Shown here piece by piece: positions 38,116 to 47,954 of a stretch of DNA of 64,000 nucleotides. The stretch's first letter is position 1; every line of letters begins with the position of its first letter. Origin of the DNA: Candidatus Poribacteria bacterium (GTDB lineage: Bacteria; Poribacteria; WGA-4E; JAJDTR01); NCBI GenBank assembly GCA_965220415.1, contig OZ244829.1:145327-209326 (forward strand), in the 5' to 3' direction. A program made the position numbers and the translations under genes. The notes beneath the pieces are model-generated. The model saw nothing but the letters and a program-made list of their open reading frames with translations, ran no database searches and was not told the DNA's origin.

Positions 38116-41052
38116 TTGGAACGTCCTGTATACGGAGCCAGTACGATGAAGAGATTATCGGCAGGAATGCAGCAACGGTCTGGTCACCGGATAGGCAATC
38201 GGTGGGCAGCCCTGACTCTCATCCTTCTCTGCATTGTCTGTTTGGGATTTAATCTTCTCGTTTTGCGTGAAGGATGGGCACAAGGCTTCGGCAAGAATAA
38301 AGTCACCGATCAAGATTTCGATTGGTTAATCCATCGGACGGAACACTTTGACATATACTATTACCCTGCGGAAGCAAAGCTTGTACCGATCATGGCAGAA
38401 ATTGCCGAAGAGGCATACGAGAAACATAGTGAGGACTTTGAACACGAAATTGCCGATCGAACGCCGCTTATTCTCTATCAATCGCACAAAGATTTTCAGG
38501 AAACGAACATCATTCTCCAGGAACTCCATGAAGGCATTGGCGGATTCGCAGAGATTTTCAAGCGGCGAGTGGTGATTCCATTTACGGGATCCATGGAAGC
38601 GTTTCGCGAGGTAATTTTTCACGAGCTGGTTCACATCTTTCAATATGACATTATCTACCAGAAACCAGCCGCTCGCATTTATAGCGGGGAATTTCTATAT
38701 TCCGCACCGATATGGTTTATAGAGGGCAGCGCGGACTATTTCGCCGAGGACAACGATGCTATCGGCGAGATGGTTTTGCGAGACGCGAGCGTTCACAATC
38801 GAATAGTACCTTTGGTGCACTTACACGACTTTCGAATCCTTGGGACGCAAGTTTTTCTCGGCTATAAGATGGGGCAACTAGCGATAAAACACTTGGCTGA
38901 TACTTACGGTCGCGAGAAGGTTGGCGAGATTATGCAGGAGTTGCGACAGAGCCGAACCAAAGATTTGAATGAAGCGTTTCAAAATGTGCTGGAGATAAGT
39001 CTTGAGGAATTTGACGAGGAATGGCGCCGGACGGTGAAAAAGAAATATTGGCCAATGATTGAGCACCGAGACTTGCCTGACGCCGTGTCCAAGAATTTAA
39101 CTGCAAAATCACGCTACTCGCATAACATAAAGCCGGTTTGGTCTCCGAGCGGCGAGCTTATCGCGTATGTTACCGGGAACGAAGGATTTAGCGAAATTGT
39201 TCTGATGTCGGTGAAGACGGGCGAGAGAATCGATAGAATTAGCAAGCGATTCTTCGGAAGCAGATATGAAGAGATTCGCAGCGATGGACGAGCGCTTGCG
39301 TGGTCGTCGGACGGGGATCGTATCGCATTCATCGGCAAGCATCGCGGTTCCGAGTACTTTCTTGAGATAAACATCCTAAACAAACGGTTAACTCGCCGCA
39401 TCAAGCTGGACTTTGACGCAGTTTCTTCACCGTCCTATGACGGTAGCGGCGAGCGAGTCGTTTTTTCAGGCATGAAGGACACACAGACAGATCTCTATAT
39501 CCTTGAGTGCGCTTCGGGAGAAATAACCCCCCTGACCAATGATCGCTTTAACGATACGCATCCGGCTTGGAATCCAGCGCGTGAAGAGATTATCTATTCG
39601 TCTGAACGGGAAGGGAAGTCCAAGCTAATCGTCATTGATGTTCTCCAGCGAACGCAACGGCAATTAACCCATGATACTTATAGCTCTGTGAGTCCAAATT
39701 GGTCGGCAAGCGGTGAGGAGGTCATCTTCTGTACCGACATGCGAGGAGTTTATGACATTTATTCGATAAAATCTGACGGTACTGAGTTTTCTAGATTAAC
39801 TAACATCATGACGGGATGTTTCAATCCCAGTTTCTCGCCGGACCGCAAAAGTATCGTGTTCGCGGCATATCAGAATGGCAAACAGGATGTCTGTCTCATG
39901 GAGACAGAGAAGGCAATCAATGAGAAGGTAGATATGCCTCCGATGGAATTGCGTCCTACCGCGTTGGAAGCCAATGAGGAGCGCGAGCATCGGATTGCCA
40001 GAAGAAAATACGGTCCCAAAGTTGCTCTGGATGCGATTTTTACAGATTTTAACTTGGGCGCAGACGGCCTTCTGCGTAATACCACGGAGCTTATTGCCAG
40101 TGACATGATGGGAAATCATCGCCTAGGCTTAAGCGTGGCAAATCAATCGGGTTACATCGCTCCCGATTTCATTGCGCGCTACGGATATCTTTCACGCCGT
40201 GCCGATACTGGAGCGGCAATATTCAATTACCACCAATATCATGTCTTGGGCTCAACCCGTAATCGATATGGATTTCTGCAGCGAACTACCGGGGCGTTGG
40301 GTTATTTCAGCTACCCGTTCAATCGCTATAGGCGTATTGATTTTCAGACTTTGTTCTATTCGACGCCGTTCACCTATAACTTCGAAACCGAACGTACTTT
40401 CGACAGTGGTCGCGGGATGCTAATGCTTGGCACGGTCTCCTTCGTGAACGACACCACAAGGTGGAGAGAGTTTGGCCCGCATACCGGCACGCGTTATCGG
40501 TTCGCGGTAGAAAAATCATTTCGAAACTTGGGGAGCGACCTAAGTCTTGTCAATATCATTTTCGATGGTCGACGGTATCTCAAACTGGGTAGGCGATCGA
40601 CATTGGCAACACGCCTATTTTTGGGCGGCAGTTTTGGTGAGGACAAATCTCTGTTCTACCTTGGCGGTATTGATACTCTCCGGGGTTACCGATATGAAGA
40701 GCTTGCTGGCACGCGCATGGGACTACTCAATTTTGAGGTGCGCATCCCGTTCATTGACGAACTTCGTTTCGGATGGCCATTTGCATGGGCAATTGGCGGC
40801 ATTCGAGGAATCATTTTTGCGGATTTTGGTAGTGTTTGGTCGGATACCAAATTCAATTCCGAGAATAGATATCACCTTTTACGGCGTGAAGGAAATTGGT
40901 TCCGTCTGGAAGATGTGAATGGCACGATTGGCATTGGACTACGTCTGCAACTGGGACTATTTTCACTGGATCTCGCCGCGGCACGGCGTACAGACTTGGC
41001 AAGTGTAGATCCGGATGTTAGGTACCACTTCGGATTGGGCCGAGCGTTTTAA
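38116..41052 (+). CDS. Omp85/BamA-TamA family outer-membrane protein fused to an N-terminal zinc peptidase and PD40 (TolB-like) repeats
   Basis: HELVH...WFIEG gluzincin motif; repeated P.WSP.G / P.FSPD motifs; LRGYRY barrel motif; C-terminal Phe. Confidence 0.85.
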   Translation: MERPVYGASTMKRLSAGMQQRSGHRIGNRWAALTLILLCIVCLGFNLLVLREGWAQGFGKNKVTDQDFDWLIHRTEHFDIYYYPAEAKLVPIMAEIAEEAYEKHSEDFEHEIADRTPLILYQSHKDFQETNIILQELHEGIGGFAEIFKRRVVIPFTGSMEAFREVIFHELVHIFQYDIIYQKPAARIYSGEFLYSAPIWFIEGSADYFAEDNDAIGEMVLRDASVHNRIVPLVHLHDFRILGTQVFLGYKMGQLAIKHLADTYGREKVGEIMQELRQSRTKDLNEAFQNVLEISLEEFDEEWRRTVKKKYWPMIEHRDLPDAVSKNLTAKSRYSHNIKPVWSPSGELIAYVTGNEGFSEIVLMSVKTGERIDRISKRFFGSRYEEIRSDGRALAWSSDGDRIAFIGKHRGSEYFLEINILNKRLTRRIKLDFDAVSSPSYDGSGERVVFSGMKDTQTDLYILECASGEITPLTNDRFNDTHPAWNPAREEIIYSSEREGKSKLIVIDVLQRTQRQLTHDTYSSVSPNWSASGEEVIFCTDMRGVYDIYSIKSDGTEFSRLTNIMTGCFNPSFSPDRKSIVFAAYQNGKQDVCLMETEKAINEKVDMPPMELRPTALEANEEREHRIARRKYGPKVALDAIFTDFNLGADGLLRNTTELIASDMMGNHRLGLSVANQSGYIAPDFIARYGYLSRRADTGAAIFNYHQYHVLGSTRNRYGFLQRTTGALGYFSYPFNRYRRIDFQTLFYSTPFTYNFETERTFDSGRGMLMLGTVSFVNDTTRWREFGPHTGTRYRFAVEKSFRNLGSDLSLVNIIFDGRRYLKLGRRSTLATRLFLGGSFGEDKSLFYLGGIDTLRGYRYEELAGTRMGLLNFEVRIPFIDELRFGWPFAWAIGGIRGIIFADFGSVWSDTKFNSENRYHLLRREGNWFRLEDVNGTIGIGLRLQLGLFSLDLAAARRTDLASVDPDVRYHFGLGRAF

Positions 41053-41062
41053 GGCTTAAAGA

Positions 41063-44000
41063 TTGAACAGCTTGTTTCAATCTTCAGCTCATGAAAGGAA
41101 AAATATGGATTCACGTTTCAAGCGATTGGTTGTTCTCATCGCCATACTTGCGGTGATTGGTGGGGTTATCACTATCCTTGTGAGGATCTACCCGGACCTA
41201 CTATGGTTTGGTGTTGTCGGCTACGGCTCCGTATACAAGAAGATTTTGCTTACAAAAGTGTTCTTAGGGATTGGTGTTGGCAGTTTCTTTCTTGTTGTTA
41301 CTTTGCTTAACGTCTATCTGTTGTATCGTTTCACTCCTAGTCGGCTTAGCCCGACGGTTATGGAGAGCATCCCGATAAGAGGAGAGGCTGATTTTGACCT
41401 GCGTCGACTAATCTATGGTGTACTAACACTCTTGGCGATAGGGTTTAGCGCGTTGATGGGTTATGCGGCGACGGACCGGTGGGAGCCTTTTTTACGGTAT
41501 TCAAATGCCGAAGGGCTCGCGTTTCAGAATGCTACACCTCTCTTAGAGCCAGCAAGCCGTGATGCAACCGAGTTTTACATTTCTGAGCAAGAACTAATGG
41601 CTAAAGGCATGAAAGTCGAGGACTCGGTTGTGATCCAAGACGCGGGCGGAAGGATGAGTGCAACCATCCAATCCGTTCAGGTTCAAGGCGACGGTGTCGC
41701 AAGAATCCAATTGGATAAACCCTTGGGATTTGATGTGACGACGAATGCGGCACTGATGGCGGCGGCACGCGATCCGATTTTTCAGCAGGATGTCAGCTAT
41801 TATGTCTTCAAGATGCCGATCGAACGCTTCATCATTGGCAATCTGTTTGGACTGTTCATGTTGTTGACCTTCTTTTCTGTCGCCATTTACTTCTTTCACG
41901 GTTTACTCATTGGTGATAACAATCGTCTTTCCCCGCCGCCCCGCGTGAAAAATCATCTCTTGACACTTGGTGCGTTGACTCTGATATTCCGCGGCTGGAA
42001 CTATCGTTTTGCAATGTATGATTTACTTTACACAACGAATGATGTTGTCCGCGGCGGCGGTGGCTACGCCGCAATACACGCTCGTCTACCCTTATTGAAA
42101 ATCCTCTTGGTACTCTCGCTCATTTGCGCCGCGGCTTTCCTCGTTAGCATTTTTCTAAAGCGACTCAGATATGCCCTCGGAGCATTTGGAATCTTTCTGA
42201 TTGTTGGTCTGTTTGGGCAAGTCTATCCGGCCGTTGTGCAGAAATGGCGTGTAGAACCGAACAAACAGGAACTTGAGACAGAATACATAAACTACAATAT
42301 CAAGGCAACGCTACATAGCTACGATCTGGAAGAGAACACGGTTACGGAAGAGGAATATCCCTTGACTGGTGAACTCTCGTACGATGGCGTTAGAAACGAG
42401 GAAAATGCAGCAGTAATGAACAGCATTCGACTATGGGATGAACGCCCCATTCAGCGGACTTTCCGACAATTGCAGGAGTTACGATCGCAGTACGATTTTC
42501 ATGGTGTAGACATCGATCGGTACGTAGTGGACGGTTCGCCGCGTCAAGTGATGTTATCCGTACGAGAATTAAATATAAACGAACTTCCGCACGCCGTTCG
42601 GAACGATTGGTTTAAGCGCACCTATGTTTATACCCATGGGTACGGGGCTGTGATGAGTCCCGTTAACGAGATTCTTGATGGAAAACCGAAAATGTACGTT
42701 CGGGATATCGATCCGGTTGATTATGAACCCGAGTGGGATTTTCGATTCGGCGAAAACCCGGGACCTCGAATCTACTACGGAGAACGCACAAATCATTATG
42801 TCATCGTGCATCCGGAGCGTACGGAGGAACTGGAATTTGATTACCCGACATCATTTGGTGAAGATTTTGCCAAATACGCGTATCAAGGAAAGGGAGGTGT
42901 TAAACTCTCCACCTTCTGGCGCAGGTTTGTGTACATGCTGAGGTTTGGTAATGAGTTCAAGTTCGTTCTTCCGGGTGCAATCGAGTCTAGCAGTCGAGTG
43001 CTCTATCATCGCAACATCAAGGAACGCGTCAACAAGGTAGCTCCCTTCCTCCGATACGATGGGGATCCATACGCAATTATTCATGACGGCAGGTTGGTGT
43101 GGATGCTTGACGCTTATACGACCACACATCGATATCCGTATGCCGCGCCGATGCAACATGCGCTGCGCGCCGAAATTGCCGCACAACGCGGCAGACGGGT
43201 TGCCGGTCGAATTCAGGGCGGCGAGAAACCGTGGGGGAATTACATTCGCAATGCGGTAAAAGTTGTAGTCGATGCTTATGACGGAAGCATAGATTTTTAT
43301 GTCATTGAGCGGGAAAAAGATCCGATTGTCGAGTGCTATCGCAGTATTTTTCCCGATTTATTCAAGCCCTTTGACACGATGCCTGAAGCACTCAAAAAGC
43401 ATATCCGCTACCCGACCACAATGTTTCTCATTCAGGCGCGGATGTATCAGGATTATCACATGACAGATCCGGTTACATTCTATGCAAGCGAAGATCAGTG
43501 GGAAATTGGGAAGGAACTTTATGACAATACTGAACGTCAGCGCTCCCAACAGGCAACGCCGGTGCCAACATCTCCGTTTGCGCAGCGTCAGGCGAGCCTG
43601 CCTGAAACTGTCACAAACGTCCAAGAGGTCGCGCCCTATTATGTAATCATTAAAATGCCGGGAGAGGAACGGGCCGAATTTATGCTCATGTTGCCGTTTA
43701 CACCCAAGAACAAGCCAAACCTTACCGCTTGGTTTGCCGCCCGATGCGACCTTCCACAGTATGGCCAATTGCTAGTTTATCGGTTTCCGAAGGGGAAGCT
43801 CGCACCCGGACCGATGCAGATGGAAAACTTTATCAGCCAAGAGCCTGAAATCTCCCAGCAGATTTCGTTGTGGGATAGTCAGGGTTCGCGTGTGCTAAGA
43901 GGTAATCTGTTGATTATTCCGATGAATGAATCCATCTTATATGTAGAGCCCATCTATATTCAGTCGGAGGATGCAAAAACTGCAATTCCCGAATTGCGGC

Positions 44001-44320
44001 GGGTGGTCATCGGATATAAAGAGAACGTAGCGTGGGGCAAAAGCCTTGATGAAGCGCTGATTAACATGTTCGGAAAGAGTGTTGCGTCCGCTACGGGCGG
44101 TCTCGCCAGAGTTGAGGTCGGTTCCAACATCATACGTGCAGACGCGCCAACGGCCGATAAAACCTCCGTTCGTGATTTGGCGAGCTTGGCGACTCAACAC
44201 TTTCAATCAGCGCAGAAGGCTCAACGCGGCGGAAATTGGTCGGACTACGGCAGACATCTTAATCTATTGGAACAAACTTTGAAGCAATTGGAAGCCAATA
44301 CACGGAAAGGAGGTGAATAG
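41063..44320 (+). CDS. UPF0182 family membrane protein; likely start 41105
   Basis: DPIF..D.SYY.F, IRLWD, YTHGYG, PRIYYGE, DGDPY, NYIRNAVK and LRGNLL motifs. Confidence 0.93.
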   Translation: MNSLFQSSAHERKNMDSRFKRLVVLIAILAVIGGVITILVRIYPDLLWFGVVGYGSVYKKILLTKVFLGIGVGSFFLVVTLLNVYLLYRFTPSRLSPTVMESIPIRGEADFDLRRLIYGVLTLLAIGFSALMGYAATDRWEPFLRYSNAEGLAFQNATPLLEPASRDATEFYISEQELMAKGMKVEDSVVIQDAGGRMSATIQSVQVQGDGVARIQLDKPLGFDVTTNAALMAAARDPIFQQDVSYYVFKMPIERFIIGNLFGLFMLLTFFSVAIYFFHGLLIGDNNRLSPPPRVKNHLLTLGALTLIFRGWNYRFAMYDLLYTTNDVVRGGGGYAAIHARLPLLKILLVLSLICAAAFLVSIFLKRLRYALGAFGIFLIVGLFGQVYPAVVQKWRVEPNKQELETEYINYNIKATLHSYDLEENTVTEEEYPLTGELSYDGVRNEENAAVMNSIRLWDERPIQRTFRQLQELRSQYDFHGVDIDRYVVDGSPRQVMLSVRELNINELPHAVRNDWFKRTYVYTHGYGAVMSPVNEILDGKPKMYVRDIDPVDYEPEWDFRFGENPGPRIYYGERTNHYVIVHPERTEELEFDYPTSFGEDFAKYAYQGKGGVKLSTFWRRFVYMLRFGNEFKFVLPGAIESSSRVLYHRNIKERVNKVAPFLRYDGDPYAIIHDGRLVWMLDAYTTTHRYPYAAPMQHALRAEIAAQRGRRVAGRIQGGEKPWGNYIRNAVKVVVDAYDGSIDFYVIEREKDPIVECYRSIFPDLFKPFDTMPEALKKHIRYPTTMFLIQARMYQDYHMTDPVTFYASEDQWEIGKELYDNTERQRSQQATPVPTSPFAQRQASLPETVTNVQEVAPYYVIIKMPGEERAEFMLMLPFTPKNKPNLTAWFAARCDLPQYGQLLVYRFPKGKLAPGPMQMENFISQEPEISQQISLWDSQGSRVLRGNLLIIPMNESILYVEPIYIQSEDAKTAIPELRRVVIGYKENVAWGKSLDEALINMFGKSVASATGGLARVEVGSNIIRADAPTADKTSVRDLASLATQHFQSAQKAQRGGNWSDYGRHLNLLEQTLKQLEANTRKGGE

Positions 44321-44321
44321 A

Positions 44322-44603
44322 ATGGGATTGGATTGGAAACCGCGCCATCGGGATACGCTTATCGGGGACATTCCTTGGTTGGCACGAATTACCGATAAGG
44401 CTAACGCAAAGTTGGCAGGCACAATCGGCGATTACATCTACCCGTGACCGCAAGACAAAAAGTTCCTGGAGGAACATAAGGTCAGTGCTGAAGAATTCGT
44501 TGCAATGGTGAAAAAAAATCCTTCGGACGATGAGATGATTGCAGCGATGAAGTCGCTCAACAAGCCATCGAAGAAGCGCAAGTCAAAGAGCCGTAAATCC
44601 TGA
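44322..44603 (+). CDS. Probable selenoprotein, DUF5069-like, 93 aa, with an in-frame TGA (Sec42) at 44445-44447; absent from the ORF track
   Basis: SD AGGAGGTG. Translation MGLDWKPRHRDTLIGDIPWLARITDKANAKLAGTIGDYIYP-U-PQDKKFLEEHKVSAEEFVAMVKKNPSDDEMIAAMKSLNKPSKKRKSKSRKS. The TGA sits at the Cys of the family's YIYPCP.D motif. Confidence 0.82.
44454..44483 (+). promoter_or_regulatory. Bacterial SECIS-like hairpin
   Basis: GAC-AAAAA-GTTCC-[TGGA]-GGAAC-ATAAG-GTC. The apical loop begins 20 nt after the UGA and has G at loop position 2. Confidence 0.7.
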
Positions 44604-44691
44604 TGGGACAGTCGTAATGCGTGAAAGTTCACAATGGGGGTTCAAAGAAGAAGATTAAGTCGTTTATCATTCACTCGACTAATCCATTTTC

Positions 44692-45837
44692 GTGTTTTGT
44701 CTCTCGTACTTCACGCATTACGTCTCTCCTATTCTATGGGAGATTCTATCATTGGAATTAGAAGATCTTCGAGATCAGTTGGACGAGATTGACAATCGGA
44801 TATTGCTACTGCTGCACAGCCGTGCCGAGGTGGTAAGGGAAGTTGGGCAAATCAAAGCGAAAGCGGGCGTAGAAAACGTCTATGCTCCTCAGCGAGAGAC
44901 AGAGATCCTTGCTCGGTTGCGGGCAAAGAATAGCAACTTATTTCCTGCAGATGCATTGGACACAATCTTTTCCGAGATAATTTCCGCATGTCGATCTTTG
45001 GAGAAACGTTTACGTGTAGCTTTTCTAGGTCCCGCGGGGAGTTTCGGTCATGAGGCAGCACTTCGACATTTTGGTTCGTCGGTTGAATTCACTCCAATAA
45101 TGGATCAGATCGATGTATTTGCGGAGGTTGAATCGGGCGGAGCGGATTACGGCGTCGTTGCCATAGAGAACTCATCAAGGGGGACTGTCCGCGACGTTCT
45201 AGAGATGTTTGAAGTTACGACGTTGCAAATCTGCGCAGAGGTTTTTTTGCCGATTGACCAGAATCTACTTTCAAGTGTCCCAAGGGAGAAAATCATTAAA
45301 GTTTATTCGCATCCACAGTCGTTTGCCCAATGCCGAGAGTGGTTGCGCCAAAATCTGAGGGGTATGCGGCAGTTTGAAGTCGCAAGCACATCGGAAGCCG
45401 CACACTTAGCGGCGGAAGAGGAGGGGACTGCGGCTATAGCCAGCAAACTCGCGGCTGAAATCTACGGATTACAGATTGTCGATGAGTCTATCATGGACAG
45501 TTCGAATAATATAACCCGCTTCCTAGTGATTGGACGTCATATTGCGAAGAGAAGCGGCCGAGATCGGACATCAATTTTTATTGCCATCCAAGACAAAGTT
45601 GGCGCTCTTTACGAAGTTCTCACGGTTCTACAGCAACACCAAATCAACATGAGCAAGATCGAATCAATGCCAGCCCAGACGAAGCCGTGGGAGTACGTGT
45701 TTTACGTTGATTTGGATGGACATATCGAAGACGCTAACGTGCAGGCAGCGCTGCCAGAGCTTGAGGAGTTATGCATGCATGTCAAGATGCTAGGTTCCTA
45801 TGTCCGAGGGGCATCGCCGCAGGAAAAATCAGTCTAG
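44692..45837 (+). CDS. pheA: Chorismate mutase/prephenate dehydratase; likely TTG start 44752
   Basis: LRDQLDEID..LL, FLGP.GSF.H.AA, SHPQSFAQC, NITRF, IESMP and MLGSY motifs. Confidence 0.95.
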   Translation: MFCLSYFTHYVSPILWEILSLELEDLRDQLDEIDNRILLLLHSRAEVVREVGQIKAKAGVENVYAPQRETEILARLRAKNSNLFPADALDTIFSEIISACRSLEKRLRVAFLGPAGSFGHEAALRHFGSSVEFTPIMDQIDVFAEVESGGADYGVVAIENSSRGTVRDVLEMFEVTTLQICAEVFLPIDQNLLSSVPREKIIKVYSHPQSFAQCREWLRQNLRGMRQFEVASTSEAAHLAAEEEGTAAIASKLAAEIYGLQIVDESIMDSSNNITRFLVIGRHIAKRSGRDRTSIFIAIQDKVGALYEVLTVLQQHQINMSKIESMPAQTKPWEYVFYVDLDGHIEDANVQAALPELEELCMHVKMLGSYVRGASPQEKSV

Positions 45838-45842
45838 CCTCA

Positions 45843-46491
45843 TTGAGAGCATGCCATTACCCCTGTCGGAATAATTCTTTCAGCAAGTAACACTTATTTT
45901 TCGCTCTGTGACAGGTGCTGGAAAGCCCTCCTCCGTAGAATGGTTTCACTCCAAAGTAGTGAGATATCAATAGAACACGATTCCTTCCTGCGTCTGCACT
46001 CCGGAGGAGTGCAATGTCAATAGAAACGTCGATGCATCAAATCTCCGCACTCCGGAGGAGTGCCATATGGTGTGTTACTTGAGAGCACGCCATTGGCCCT
46101 GTCGGAATAATTCTTTCAGCAAGCAACACGTTCTAGTAGGAGTCCCTTTCCTCGATCCAGAGGATCGAAATGTTAATAGAACGCGACATGTTCAGATGCC
46201 CGCGCTCCAGCGGAGCGCAATGTGTATAGCGCATCATCATATTACGCTCATTTTTCGCTCTGCGACTGGCTTTGAAAAAGTGTTACTTGAGAGCACGCCA
46301 TTATCCCTGTCGGAATAATTCATTCAGCAAGTAACACTGTCTAGTCGGAGTCTCTTTCCTCGATCCAGAGGATCGAAATGTTAATAGAATGCGACATGTC
46401 CAGATTTCCGCGCTCCAGCGGAGATCAAGCGAATGGATAATGAGCGCGATAGAGATCCTCCATGTGATGTATTGCTAGATAGTGTTACTTG
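45843..46491. repeat. Cluster of 58-bp mini-elements (GTGTTACTTG...CAAGTAACAC) and REP hairpins
   Basis: Copies at 45843-45893 (partial), 46072-46129 and 46280-46337; roughly 140-bp direct repeat with a 208-bp period; GCACTCCGGAGGAGTGC hairpins; 36-nt module at 46424-46459. Confidence 0.85.
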
Positions 46492-46654
46492 GTAGAAAAT
46501 CTCTACCTACACTAACGACAGAAATGCCAGATTCTTGAGCGCCGAAAGACTGCACAACCTCCAACGTAGCCGCGATGTAACAGCTCAATTATCCCTGCCG
46601 TTTATCAAATTTTAGCCCAACAGATTCTATCCTTGTCCTAGATCATTCCTATGC

Positions 46655-47668
46655 TCACGCATTGTAAAACCAAGCGGCAAGCGCAATTGTGTTTACCAAG
46701 CTGTGGGTGATTATTGAGGGGATTAGCGAGCGTGTATGAAAAAACAGTAGTGAGACAGTTACGCCAAACACAAACGATGGTATGAATTGGATTGCACCTG
46801 CGTGGAATACGGCATAAAAAAGTGCACTCAGTAGGATACCTTTAGAATGACCGAATCGACTGGCGAAAGCGAGGTATCCAATACCTCTGAAGAATACCTC
46901 ATAGGCAAATGGCACAAGAACTATTGATACGAAAACGATAAGAATTATCGAAGCGTCGAAACTTTCGGGGAAATAAGCGGATTCCTGTTTGCGTTCCCAT
47001 TGCAGGAGGTTTTCTACGGCAGCAAAGGAGGTCCAACGACTAACTTGTGATATGACGTGGACGGTAGATTCCGAGAAGAGAAATAACAGTGGAGCAAGCA
47101 CCAGTGGAAGGGCGATTTGGCGAAAACTGAACGTGAATCGAAGACCAATCGACCTGAGGTGCCCGAAATATCGGGCAGTGACACAGTGGAAACACAACCA
47201 AATGAGCGCATTTGCCGCAATGAGCTCAATGGTCCATAGTTGAAAAGGTGAGAGCGTTGTGATATCAACTACTTCACTAAGTAAGGCAGAACCGTCTCTA
47301 ATCAGAAATATGAGATAGAGAGTGAACCTATGAACCAGGAGGGTAGTCAAAGAAATAACCACGGCATCCGACGGTTCAGGATATCCATGCAACCGTAATA
47401 AAGTTTCCTCTCTGGTATAAAGTCGTTCGCAATGTCCGCATCTGCGAGACAAATCGGCATTTTCGCGGTTACATGACGGGCAGTACCAGATCAATTTGGG
47501 TTCAATTCGCCAGAAGTATATCGGGAAGAACGCCTCTGGCATAAGAACCGTTCCGAGAACCCAAAATAGTGACTGTCCCCGTCGCTTTACATCATTGTAC
47601 ACCCAAAATGCCGCACCAATGTGAATCACGCCGAGCAGGACAAATAGGTATATCTGTTGTGCTGGCAA
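46655..47668 (-). CDS. CPBP (CAAX protease-like) intramembrane metalloprotease with an N-terminal zinc ribbon
   Basis: CPSC..CGHC; YEVFFRG, FYAVFH and HSLVN motifs. Confidence 0.82.
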   Translation of the reverse strand: MPAQQIYLFVLLGVIHIGAAFWVYNDVKRRGQSLFWVLGTVLMPEAFFPIYFWRIEPKLIWYCPSCNRENADLSRRCGHCERLYTREETLLRLHGYPEPSDAVVISLTTLLVHRFTLYLIFLIRDGSALLSEVVDITTLSPFQLWTIELIAANALIWLCFHCVTARYFGHLRSIGLRFTFSFRQIALPLVLAPLLFLFSESTVHVISQVSRWTSFAAVENLLQWERKQESAYFPESFDASIILIVFVSIVLVPFAYEVFFRGIGYLAFASRFGHSKGILLSALFYAVFHAGAIQFIPSFVFGVTVSLLFFHTRSLIPSIITHSLVNTIALAAWFYNA

Positions 47669-47954
47669 GCAGCGCCCCCTTCCGATTCAGTCTTCATTCG
47701 ATTCTTAACTCGCCAAGAGTTGGGTAATCCCGTCTTGGATTCGTCCTTCTTTAAAACAGGTTCTAAGATCGTTGGCGGCATACAGGGTCATTTTAACGAT
47801 TTTACATTTTTAGGTCAATAAAAATGCATCGGGAGTTAGTCGCGCTAGCGTCGAGTTTGTACTTGCAATCGTCTCTACAAGTGTGATAGTATTTTTGCAG
47901 GAAATCCACTAAATCCATAATCCGTCGATTGCCCTCCTTTCAACGAAATGTCCG

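Noticed and set aside
44259-44632. Minus-strand ORFs 44259-44477 and 44438-44632
   Set aside because: Shadow frames of the plus-strand selenoprotein candidate, which has the SD and the family motif.
45843-46337. CRISPR array
   Set aside because: The repeats are 58 bp and the intervals are 150-180 bp of other repeats rather than unique spacers; no cas genes.
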